This document shows positions 1-8,949 of a DNA stretch of 61,159 nucleotides, in pieces. Positions within the stretch are counted from its first letter, which is position 1. The number at the start of each line of letters is the position of its first letter. Below the pieces are notes generated by a model. It made no database searches and was not told the origin of the DNA. It saw only the letters and a program-made list of their open reading frames with translations. The stretch spans positions 1 to 61,159 of the forward strand of contig PULU01000093.1 in the NCBI GenBank assembly GCA_003551065.1, in the 5' to 3' direction. A program made the position numbers and the translations under genes. Source of the stretch: Thermoplasmata archaeon (lineage in GTDB: Archaea > Thermoplasmatota > Thermoplasmata > Halarchaeoplasmatales > Halarchaeoplasmataceae).

Positions 1-2
1 AA

Positions 3-365
3 GGTATCATCCAAGAGCCCCGATGTTTCTTCAGGAATCTATTCGTACCACCTGATTATAATCTTGTAGTATCTCTGATAGAGGTTAAGTCAAATGTTGA
101 TAGTGTAAAAAAGTATATCTCCAAAGACGAACACGTCCCAAGGGCTGTTGAGACTAGTACTGAAAGGTACAATTTTTTATTGTTCTCAGCCTTCCAAAAC
201 ATCGAAGATTTCTTCGAGTGGGGTGAGAGGTTGAATTTTAACTTTCCTGGAAGTATCGGTGCGATCTCGAATACTATCTTGTCATCAAAGATGATACATA
301 CTATCAAACCTCACAAGGTCTCTTTAGGTCTTATCGAGAGGCAGTTGTGGGAGATTGAACATTGA
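3..365 (+). CDS. 3' end of an unidentified protein-coding gene that runs off the left edge of the window
   Basis: Frame 3 is open from the first base to the TGA at 363-365 (about 120 codons), which is long for an AT-rich sequence. The track only reports the part after an internal TTG (180..365). No family was recognised. Confidence 0.35.
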   Translation, partial: GIIQEPRCFFRNLFVPPDYNLVVSLIEVKSNVDSVKKYISKDEHVPRAVETSTERYNFLLFSAFQNIEDFFEWGERLNFNFPGSIGAISNTILSSKMIHTIKPHKVSLGLIERQLWEIEH

Positions 366-588
366 AGTCCATACAATATGGAACTAGTTCTATTTTCTTT
401 TCCAGGATAAGATCTTACAGATTTGAAAACAGTATTTTTTAATCTGACTTACCTTTACTTAGCAAAAATGTTAAATCATATGTACCGATTTTAACCAAAG
501 TGTATAAAAAAAGTACGAGAAAGTGTAAAGCAGATATTTATACTCCTTGCCGTTTGGCTCAAATACCGGAAAAATAGGTGGCGAAAAT

Positions 589-1875
589 ATGGCAGAAGAA
601 GGGTTTAATGCGTTTAAGATGGCTCAGAAGCAGTTCGATAGGATAGCAGATAAACTTGACCTAGATGAAGGTACAAGAAAAATCCTAAGAAAACCGATAC
701 GAGAATATCACTTCAATATACCTGTGAAGATGGACGATGGCTCAACCCAGGTCTTTGAGGCTTTCAGGATCCAGCATAACGATGCTAGAGGACCTTGCAA
801 AGGAGGTATCAGGTTCCATCCGCAAGAGACAGTTGATACTGTAAGGGCTTTAGCGATGTGGATGACTTGGAAAACAGCAGTAGCAAATATCCCATTGGGT
901 GGAGGAAAAGGAGGAGTCATATGTGATCCTCACGATCTATCAGATAGAGAGCAGGAACGGATATGCAGAGGCTATGTAAGAGAAATATATGACGAATTAG
1001 GACCTGATAAAGACATACCCGCTCCGGACGTTATGACAACCGCACAGCATATGTTGTGGATGATGGATGAATATGAGAAGATCAACGGATCCAAGAATCC
1101 AGGTGTGATAACTGGTAAACCAGTTGATATGGGAGGTTCATTGGGACGTACAGAAGCTACCGGTTATGGTGTGATATACGTTCTGAGAGAAGTTCTAAAA
1201 GAGATGGATCTTGATATAAACGAGATGACAGCTTCAGTTCAAGGTTTCGGAAATGTTGCCCAGCATGCTGTTGAGTTGTTCATTGAATATGGCGGTACAG
1301 TTGTGTCTGTATCCTGCTGGGACCAAGAAGACAGCTGTGCTTACAGTTACTTTAGGGAAGATGGGATCGACCTGGAGGAACTCAGAGGGATAACTGACAG
1401 GTTCGGTTCTATAGATAAAAAGAAAGCTAAAGAGAAAGGGTACACCAGGAGATCTGGTGAAGATTGGATAAAGGACGATGTAGATATACTGATCCCAGCG
1501 GCTTTAGAGAACGCTATCACCGAGGATAACGTAGAAGATATCAAAGATAGTGTGAGGTTGATAATCTCTGGAGCGAACGGACCTATAACCCCCGAAGCTG
1601 ATGAAATGCTAGAAGAAATGGACATAGTTGTCATACCAGACTTCCTAGCCAATGCCGGCGGTGTTACTTGCAGTTACTTCGAACAGGTACAGAGCAATCA
1701 GAACTACTATTGGCCCAAGGAGGAAGTTCTGGGAAAATTGGATAACATGATGACCGATGCCTTCTACGAGGTATGGGAACTCGCTAAACGGAAAAATATC
1801 CGTGTTCGTGATGCAGCTTATATGATATCTATAGATAGAGTAGCTGAAGCCTGCAAAAAACGCGGTTGGGTATAG
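589..1875 (+). CDS. gdhA: Glutamate dehydrogenase
   Basis: GDH signatures are present: KGGIRFHP and the catalytic Lys loop PLGGGKGG, plus a Rossmann region (VQGFGNVAQH). I prefer the ATG at 589, preceded by AGGTG at 576-580, over the TTG at 547. Confidence 0.93.
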   Translation: MAEEGFNAFKMAQKQFDRIADKLDLDEGTRKILRKPIREYHFNIPVKMDDGSTQVFEAFRIQHNDARGPCKGGIRFHPQETVDTVRALAMWMTWKTAVANIPLGGGKGGVICDPHDLSDREQERICRGYVREIYDELGPDKDIPAPDVMTTAQHMLWMMDEYEKINGSKNPGVITGKPVDMGGSLGRTEATGYGVIYVLREVLKEMDLDINEMTASVQGFGNVAQHAVELFIEYGGTVVSVSCWDQEDSCAYSYFREDGIDLEELRGITDRFGSIDKKKAKEKGYTRRSGEDWIKDDVDILIPAALENAITEDNVEDIKDSVRLIISGANGPITPEADEMLEEMDIVVIPDFLANAGGVTCSYFEQVQSNQNYYWPKEEVLGKLDNMMTDAFYEVWELAKRKNIRVRDAAYMISIDRVAEACKKRGWV

Positions 1876-1884
1876 TGGAGATAG

Positions 1885-4872
1885 ATGAAGAATCGAGAAG
1901 ACGAGATAAAAAAAACTATCGAGGAGATAACCGGGATAACCCCAAAAACAGAGAAGGAAGATAAGGGAGATGAATACCTCAGGGCATCCTATGTAGAAAA
2001 TGTCCTGATCATTTCCCCTCCCTTCGATTATTTTTTATTCGAGGAAGAAGGTAGGTTAGAAGAACTTTTTGACGAAGTATTTGGAGGTAGGGAATTTGGT
2101 CCGATACCAAATGTGATCCATGTGGAAAATGGTGGTGAAGGAAAGGATGTCTTGGATGACACCAAGATAGACCTGATAATAGTTTTCAGTGAACCCATGG
2201 ATATGGAACTGTTGAAATTCTCTGGTCTGGTTAAGGATGATCATCCTGATATCCCCATAGTTTTGATCAGCAACGATACAGTAGAGATCAAAGAGATACT
2301 AAGAGAAGACAGTAAAGATACCATCGAAGAAGCTTTCACATGGTACGGGGACGGTAGGATAATCCTCAGTATTATCCAATATATCGAAGATAAGAAAAAT
2401 CTTAAAAACGAGGTACTTTCGAAAGATGGAAAGGCTATACTGCTGATAGAGGATTCTATCCAGTTCTATTCAAAATATCTGCCGTTGATTTATGAAGAGA
2501 TATGGCATTACACCGACTCTATAATCGAAGACGACCTACCAAAAAAGATCAAAAGTAAAAGATACTGGAGTAAACCTTTCCTTCTATTCGCTTCCGATAT
2601 ACGGAAGGGGAAGGAACTCTATAATAGATATCACGATAATTTGATATGTATAGTGACTGATAATCACTGTGGTTCAGACAACGAAGAACATCCGGGACTC
2701 GATTTTGCTCTACAAGTCGAGAAAGAGAGAGAAGACCTTTCTATTTTAGTTCAATCCTCGGAACCTATAGAAGGGTTCCCTGAAGATAGCGATATAGAAT
2801 TCATTTTAAAGGACTCTCCTGTACTCACTTCCAAGATCGGTGAGTTCGTTAGGAAAAATATAGGACCGTTAGAGCTAATTTTTAAAAATGAAGTCGGAAC
2901 TGAATTGGCGGTCGTAGATGGTCTTAAAGGACTCGAAGAAGCTTTATGGAATATCGATAACGAGATTTTAGAAAAGTATCTCATGGAAAGTCAGATAACT
3001 ACCTGGTTAAGAGCTAGATCTGAGTATGTCTTAGCTGAGGAGATAGAAAACCTCTCAAAGCGGGAAGAGAAAGAAGAGTTGAAGAGCCAGCTTATCAACA
3101 TCTTAGAAGAGCACAGATATAGATATCATCAAGGCACGATAACGAATTTCGAGAGAAGGAGGGAGAATCACTATAGCAAGATCAGCAGGATCGGAAAAGG
3201 TGCATTAGGTGGGAAAGCAAGAGGATTAGCTTTCATGGCTAAGATACTGTCAAAATATGTAACTGACGAGATGTTCGATGGCTTACGTATCACAGTCCCT
3301 AGGAGTGTAGTACTATCAACAGAGGTTTATGACAAATTTCTAGATAAAAATGATCTTATTAGTGAAAATATCGAGCAGACTTCTGATCAACGGATATCAT
3401 CTAAGTTCATAGATGGTTCTTTGCCAGCGACTGTTTTAGGTGATCTTAGATCCTTTGTTAGGAACACGAAAACACCTCTTATCGTTCGTTCATCTGGTTT
3501 ATTGGAAGATTCATTGATGCAGCCCTTTGCCGGTATCTATTCTTCAGTATTACTGCCTAATGACTCATGGGAAACGGATCTTAGGTTCAAAGAAGTCTGT
3601 AACGCCATCAAACATGTCTATGCATCGTCATTCTTCGAGAAAGCAAGGACTTACCTGATGTCAACACCTAAGAAATTAGGGGATGAAAAGATGGCGGTGA
3701 TGATCCAGGAAGTGGTCGGAAAAAAACATGGTAAATATTTTTATCCCGATATATCTGGTGTGGCTAAATCGTACAATCATTATCCATCCGGTCCATGCAG
3801 TTCTGAAGATGGTATAGTTTATCTTGCCCTAGGTCTTGGGAAAGCAGTGGTTGACGGGAGCAACACTTTCTGTTTCTGCCCAGAACATCCCAAAATTCCT
3901 TTATCGGGTACCCCAAAAGATTTTATGAAGTATTCTCAGACCGATTTGTATGCAGTTGATCTTGAATCCGTTTACAAACGGATAAAAAAGGATGAAGAAA
4001 CATCACTCGTTAAATTGAAACTAGACGAAGTAAAGAAACATGGTGTACTCGATAAGACTGTATCTACTTTTTCCCCGAGGAACGATAGGTTATATCCAGG
4101 TACTGCCCATGAGGGTCCCATGGTGGTCGATTTTGGTCCAATAGTGAAATATAATTCAGTACCTTTAGCAAAGGCTTTGAAGATGCTGTTAAAGGTAAGT
4201 AGGATAGCATTAGGTTATCCCGTAGAGATAGAATTTGCAGTCAATCTAAACAAAGGAAAAAATGAACATGCGGAACTAGTCATACTCCAGATTAGGAGTA
4301 TGATCACAACCGAGAGCTTTTTAGATATGGATATCGATGAATATAAGGAGGATGAACTAATCTGTAAAAGTCAGAACGCCATCGGATATGGAGTGATGGG
4401 GGATATAAAAGACATCATTTATATCAAATATGACGAGTTCGACTTCAAGGATTCTCAGAGCGTTGTTGAAAAACTTAGAAGATTAAACAAACGTTTGATG
4501 GATGATGATAGACCTTATATTTTGGTCGGTCCAGGGAGATGGGGATCTTCTGATGAATGGTTGGGTATCCCGGTCTTATGGAGTGATATTGCTGGGGCAA
4601 GGGTCATAGTAGAAACCACGACTGCAGGTAGGAACATCGATCCTTCCCAAGGTTCTCATTTCTTCCATGACATGATCTCTTCCCAAGCTGGATATATGAT
4701 AGCGGATTCAGAAAATATTGATTGGGACTGGTTGAGATCTCAACAGATAGTAGAAAAACTAGAAGATATTGTCCATGTCAGAACCAAAGAACCATTAGAA
4801 ATCATGATAGATGGAAAAGAGGGTAAAGGTGTCATCAAAAAGTCTAAAAAGAATGTTGAAGAAGATAATTGA
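1885..4872 (+). CDS. Receiver-like domains fused to a PPDK_N-type ATP-grasp domain; dikinase-like protein without a recognisable phosphohistidine domain
   Basis: The ATG lies 9 nt after the gdhA stop, with GGAG upstream. The N-terminal half has two CheY-like repeats; the second has LLIEDS ... IVTD ... ILVQSS. The C-terminal half has GGKARGLAFM, IVRSSGLLEDS and MAVMIQEVVGK, typical of the PEP-synthase/PPDK nucleotide-binding domain. The protein ends with a GPGRWGS...GSHFFHD module. I saw no TSHAA-type swivel motif. Confidence 0.8.
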   Translation: MKNREDEIKKTIEEITGITPKTEKEDKGDEYLRASYVENVLIISPPFDYFLFEEEGRLEELFDEVFGGREFGPIPNVIHVENGGEGKDVLDDTKIDLIIVFSEPMDMELLKFSGLVKDDHPDIPIVLISNDTVEIKEILREDSKDTIEEAFTWYGDGRIILSIIQYIEDKKNLKNEVLSKDGKAILLIEDSIQFYSKYLPLIYEEIWHYTDSIIEDDLPKKIKSKRYWSKPFLLFASDIRKGKELYNRYHDNLICIVTDNHCGSDNEEHPGLDFALQVEKEREDLSILVQSSEPIEGFPEDSDIEFILKDSPVLTSKIGEFVRKNIGPLELIFKNEVGTELAVVDGLKGLEEALWNIDNEILEKYLMESQITTWLRARSEYVLAEEIENLSKREEKEELKSQLINILEEHRYRYHQGTITNFERRRENHYSKISRIGKGALGGKARGLAFMAKILSKYVTDEMFDGLRITVPRSVVLSTEVYDKFLDKNDLISENIEQTSDQRISSKFIDGSLPATVLGDLRSFVRNTKTPLIVRSSGLLEDSLMQPFAGIYSSVLLPNDSWETDLRFKEVCNAIKHVYASSFFEKARTYLMSTPKKLGDEKMAVMIQEVVGKKHGKYFYPDISGVAKSYNHYPSGPCSSEDGIVYLALGLGKAVVDGSNTFCFCPEHPKIPLSGTPKDFMKYSQTDLYAVDLESVYKRIKKDEETSLVKLKLDEVKKHGVLDKTVSTFSPRNDRLYPGTAHEGPMVVDFGPIVKYNSVPLAKALKMLLKVSRIALGYPVEIEFAVNLNKGKNEHAELVILQIRSMITTESFLDMDIDEYKEDELICKSQNAIGYGVMGDIKDIIYIKYDEFDFKDSQSVVEKLRRLNKRLMDDDRPYILVGPGRWGSSDEWLGIPVLWSDIAGARVIVETTTAGRNIDPSQGSHFFHDMISSQAGYMIADSENIDWDWLRSQQIVEKLEDIVHVRTKEPLEIMIDGKEGKGVIKKSKKNVEEDN

Positions 4873-4932
4873 TGCAGTCTATAGAACAAAACTATTTAGC
4901 GAGGTTAGTCATAGATATATAAGGTAAATATC

Positions 4933-7900
4933 ATGGACGATGATGTCAACGTCGAAAATAGAATTGAAAAGGAAATCGAGGATAAGATAACCCCTAGGAA
5001 AGAATTGGATGAACTTCAAGAGCGTGTGAAAGAACTCAACTGTATTTATGGTATATCCGAGATAGTTAACGATTACAATTTATCATTAGGAGAGGCTTTA
5101 CAAGAGATAGTGGAACTACTTCCCCCATCTTGGCAGTATGAGGATATCGCTTGTGCTAGGATAAAATTGAACGGTGAAGAGTACAAGACTGATGATTTTC
5201 GAGAAACTGAGTGGAAACAGCAGAGTATAATAGAAGTCGGAGGAGAGTTGAAAGGGTCTTTAGAAGTATGCTATCTAGAGGAAAAACCCGAGATGGATGA
5301 AGGACCGTTTCTCATCGAAGAACGCAGACTTCTAAACACAGTTTCTGATCTTTTAGGAAGATTCGTAGAAGAAAGGAGGGTGAAGAAACAGATCTCAGAT
5401 GAAAAACAGGATTGGGAAGTTATCATAGACCTGTTGATGAGGACCGATCCCAAGACCCTTCTAAGGATGACCCGAAAGATGGTGTATTACCTTTACAGAC
5501 ATGAGAACGAACAGATCTCGATGCTTTTGAATGATGTATGTCCCATCGAACCCGATTCTGACACACCGAAATGGTGTGGGATAAATATGCCAAATCCCAA
5601 ACAGGATCTAGAGTCATTGAAAGAGATCCAGAGAGGTGTGTTTCAGATTGCAAAAGATAGTTTAGAACCGGAAGAGATATCTGAACTCTTTCATAGATGG
5701 TTGAAGGAAGATAAAGCTAGACCGTTACTGCTTGCATCTCAAAGGAAGGGTATACCTTTGGTTGAGATAACCGATGAGCTCAATCGTTTTTTCGATAAAG
5801 CCGATGCAAATACAGCTCTAGCTCCCGAGGATAAGATGGCTATCAGAACAGCCCTTATCCAAAGGTTTTTCACCGATAGATTGGAGTTCATCAACATAGC
5901 AAAAAATTACATCCAATTGGATGATTTTGTCTCTTTATTGAAACGGCTCATCGGCCCTGCACAGGGTGCTGGTAAAGTAGGTGGGAAAACCTCTGGGGCA
6001 TATCTCGCCTATAAGATCCTTCAAAGGGAGAAGGATAGACACACTGATCTCAAAGACATCAAGTTCCCCAAAAGTTGGTATCTTACGTCGGATTCTATGT
6101 TAGATCTGATACATTATAACGACTTGGATGAAGTTATACACATAAAATATCTCGATCCAGATAGGATAAGACAAGAACAGCCATTCCTCGAACAGATAAT
6201 GAAGAATGCTGTATTCACTTCAGAGATCGTTGAGGGATTTAAAAAGATCCTCCGGGATATAGACGATAATCCGATAATCGTAAGATCCTCTAGTCTCCTT
6301 GAAGATAACTTCGGAGCAGCCTTTTCAGGCAAATACAAGAGTCTCTTTTTATCAAACAAAGGGTCTGAAGAGGAAAGGTTGAATGCTCTCATGGAAGCAG
6401 TCGCTGAGGTGTATGCATCTACTTTTGGTCCGGATCCCATTGAGTATCGTCGAGAAAAAGGGATGTTAGATTTCAGTGAAGAGATGGGGATACTTATTCA
6501 AGAGGTCGTGGGTAAAAGGGTAGGTCCATATTATGTTCCAGCCTATGCTGGTGTCGCTTTCAGTAAGAACGAGTTCAGATGGTCACCTCGTATCAATAGA
6601 GATGATGGCATAATCAGATTAGTACCAGGATTGGGAACTAGAGCAGTTGATAGAGTGGGTAATGACTATCCTATCTTGGTTTCACCTAAAAGGCCTGAAC
6701 TCAGGGTGAATACACTGGTTGAAGAGAGGATAAAGTACTCTCCACGATACATGGATGTCATAAACCTTGAAACTGGAGCTATAGAAACAGTTGATGCCAT
6801 AGAAATATACAAGGAATATGGAGAGAAATTTCCGTTCCTTAACAAGATCGTGTCGGTGTATGAGGATGGTGAACTGAGGAAACCGAAAAGCTTTTTATTC
6901 GATCCTGAAGAAGAGGATATGATAGTAACCTTCGATAAGCTGTTCGAAGAGACTGACTTCTTACTTTTGATGTGTAAGATAATGGATATACTCGAAAGTA
7001 AGATAGAGACACCTGTCGATGTTGAATTCGCTCATGATGGAGATAATCTTTACATCCTTCAGTGTCGTCCTCAAAGCCAGACTCAACAGATAAAACGTAA
7101 ACCTATCCCCATGGACATAAAGAACAAGGATAAACTGTTTTCCAGTAAAAAATTCGTCACCACCGGTCACCTAGAGAACATTGAATATATAGTGTATGTT
7201 TCTCCAGAAGGATACGCCAGTCTCGATAGCGAACGTAAGATGAGAAAAGTAGCTGAGATAGTTGGAGAATTGAACAACTATCTCCCTGAGAAAAGGTTCA
7301 TTTTGATGGGGCCCGGGAGATGGGGAAGCCGGGGAGATATCACTCTTGGGGTACCGGTGAAGTACAGGGATATCAACAATACTTCATTGATAGTTGAGAT
7401 AGCTAAAGAAAAAGGTGGATATTTACCAGAATTATCATTTGGAACTCACTTTTTCCAGGATTTAGTTGAGGCCGATATAAAATATCTACCTCTTTATCCA
7501 GATGAGTCCGGAAACATCTTCAACGAAGAATTGTTGTACAGGTCCGAGAACCGACTGACGGAAATACTTCCTGGGCAGGAGGATTTCGAAGAAGTTATAC
7601 GGTTGGTCCGGGTCAGTGATATCAGTTCAGGTGGTTCCTTAGATGTGGTCATGGACGGCGAAGCCAACGAGGCTCTAGCTTATCTTAGGTCTCCAGACCA
7701 TTGGGAATGGAGGATGAATAAAGTGGAAACCATGGCAGATGAGTTGGACCCTGATATATACGGGATTAAAGGCCTATATATCGTTGGGAGCACAAAAGAA
7801 GGTACAGCTTGTTCTAGAAGCGACATAGATCTTATAGTCCATTATACAGGAGAGCAAGAAAAGAAGGAAAAGTTGGAGAACTGGTTCTATGAATGGGATA

Positions 7901-8070
7901 AAAAATTAGTTGAAGAAAATAAGAATAGGACGGGTATTGAAGTGGATAAAATATTAGACATCCATTTCATAACTGATGAGGATATAAAAGAAAATACCTC
8001 ATGGGCTTCACATATAAATTCTAGATATAGATCAGCCCGGGAGATCCCCTTGGATGGTAGTGATTCATGA
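4933..8070 (+). CDS. Coiled-coil/GAF-like sensor + PPDK_N-type ATP-grasp domain + C-terminal minimal nucleotidyltransferase domain
   Basis: This is a paralog of the preceding ORF: GGKTSGAYLA, IIVRSSSLLEDN, GILIQEVVGK, GPGRWGS...GTHFFQD. The N-terminus has KELNCIYGISE ... EGPFLIEERRLLNTV, a pattern common in sensor proteins. The C-terminus has a Pol-beta-type NTase motif (GSTKEGTACSRSDIDLIVHY). Confidence 0.8.
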   Translation: MDDDVNVENRIEKEIEDKITPRKELDELQERVKELNCIYGISEIVNDYNLSLGEALQEIVELLPPSWQYEDIACARIKLNGEEYKTDDFRETEWKQQSIIEVGGELKGSLEVCYLEEKPEMDEGPFLIEERRLLNTVSDLLGRFVEERRVKKQISDEKQDWEVIIDLLMRTDPKTLLRMTRKMVYYLYRHENEQISMLLNDVCPIEPDSDTPKWCGINMPNPKQDLESLKEIQRGVFQIAKDSLEPEEISELFHRWLKEDKARPLLLASQRKGIPLVEITDELNRFFDKADANTALAPEDKMAIRTALIQRFFTDRLEFINIAKNYIQLDDFVSLLKRLIGPAQGAGKVGGKTSGAYLAYKILQREKDRHTDLKDIKFPKSWYLTSDSMLDLIHYNDLDEVIHIKYLDPDRIRQEQPFLEQIMKNAVFTSEIVEGFKKILRDIDDNPIIVRSSSLLEDNFGAAFSGKYKSLFLSNKGSEEERLNALMEAVAEVYASTFGPDPIEYRREKGMLDFSEEMGILIQEVVGKRVGPYYVPAYAGVAFSKNEFRWSPRINRDDGIIRLVPGLGTRAVDRVGNDYPILVSPKRPELRVNTLVEERIKYSPRYMDVINLETGAIETVDAIEIYKEYGEKFPFLNKIVSVYEDGELRKPKSFLFDPEEEDMIVTFDKLFEETDFLLLMCKIMDILESKIETPVDVEFAHDGDNLYILQCRPQSQTQQIKRKPIPMDIKNKDKLFSSKKFVTTGHLENIEYIVYVSPEGYASLDSERKMRKVAEIVGELNNYLPEKRFILMGPGRWGSRGDITLGVPVKYRDINNTSLIVEIAKEKGGYLPELSFGTHFFQDLVEADIKYLPLYPDESGNIFNEELLYRSENRLTEILPGQEDFEEVIRLVRVSDISSGGSLDVVMDGEANEALAYLRSPDHWEWRMNKVETMADELDPDIYGIKGLYIVGSTKEGTACSRSDIDLIVHYTGEQEKKEKLENWFYEWDKKLVEENKNRTGIEVDKILDIHFITDEDIKENTSWASHINSRYRSAREIPLDGSDS

Positions 8071-8949
8071 ATCGACTACAGTTCTACGTGCATCCTTTAA
8101 GTTTTCTGTATCGAATATGACCAATGCAAGCCCATCTCCGGATGTTACGCCTGTAAAACTATAAGTATCGCCGATGCTGCATCTCCAATTTCCCGTCAAC
8201 TCGACTGTTTCATGAACATGACCATGCAGTGTGAGAAATGGCTGCTCTTTTTTTATAAAATTCCTGATAGATATACTTCCTACATGAACATCCAAGGGTA
8301 CATGGTCCACTTCCTTCCCGTCTAGATCAGCTCTATCCAGGTCGGTATCATATGGAGGTGCGTGGAAAAGATATATAGTATTTTTCGGATCTGATGCTCG
8401 TTTTATATCCTCTATATCTTTTTCGATCGTAGAGTAAGTGATCTCATTTTTATTTATCTTTACAGTTCTAGTTCCTTCCTCAGGAGCAACGACTCCTACA
8501 TCAATAAATCTTGAAACATCATATTTTTCCCAATCTTTAAGATGAAAAGGTGTGGGAGGTATAAAGCTGTACCCACATATATCATATCCCTTAAAGTCTA
8601 CACATCTCTGGTTGACATAATCTATGTGTCCTTTTTCGTCAAACCCATTTAATATATCTTCGAATATCCTTGGATCATCGTTACCCATGATCACAAAACA
8701 TCTCAACTCCTTATCTGACTCTTTTCGGATATTCTGGATGGGTTTGATGAGATTGTTTGATAAAAAATCCTTCACTCTTTTTTTATCTCTAATGAAGCTC
8801 GGTAGTAGATCACCACCAAGGAAAAGAGCATCGGGATCTATCTTATCTAGAACTTCTATCAAAAGTTTATATCTTTTTTCTTTACCATGTAGGTCTGAGG
8901 TAAATATACACTTCAAGTTCTCACCGTTCTTTGGCCACGGATACTGCAT
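8065..8949 (-). CDS. Calcineurin-like metallophosphoesterase
   Basis: The ordered motifs are FTSDLHG, GGDL, GNDD, FHAPP and GHVHE. The stop codon overlaps the stop of the convergent upstream gene within TCATGA. Confidence 0.8.
   Translation of the reverse strand: MQYPWPKNGENLKCIFTSDLHGKEKRYKLLIEVLDKIDPDALFLGGDLLPSFIRDKKRVKDFLSNNLIKPIQNIRKESDKELRCFVIMGNDDPRIFEDILNGFDEKGHIDYVNQRCVDFKGYDICGYSFIPPTPFHLKDWEKYDVSRFIDVGVVAPEEGTRTVKINKNEITYSTIEKDIEDIKRASDPKNTIYLFHAPPYDTDLDRADLDGKEVDHVPLDVHVGSISIRNFIKKEQPFLTLHGHVHETVELTGNWRCSIGDTYSFTGVTSGDGLALVIFDTENLKDARRTVVDS

Noticed and set aside
56-307. 83-aa minus-strand ORF at the left edge of the window.
   Set aside because: The opposite-strand frame is open all the way from the window edge (3-365) and looks more protein-like. 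Neither can be confirmed, so I reported only the plus-strand fragment, at low confidence.
1885-8070. Annotating the two large ORFs simply as phosphoenolpyruvate synthase or pyruvate phosphate dikinase.
   Set aside because: Only the N-terminal ATP-grasp signatures are present. I could not find the phosphohistidine swivel motif or the PEP/pyruvate-binding domain in either protein.
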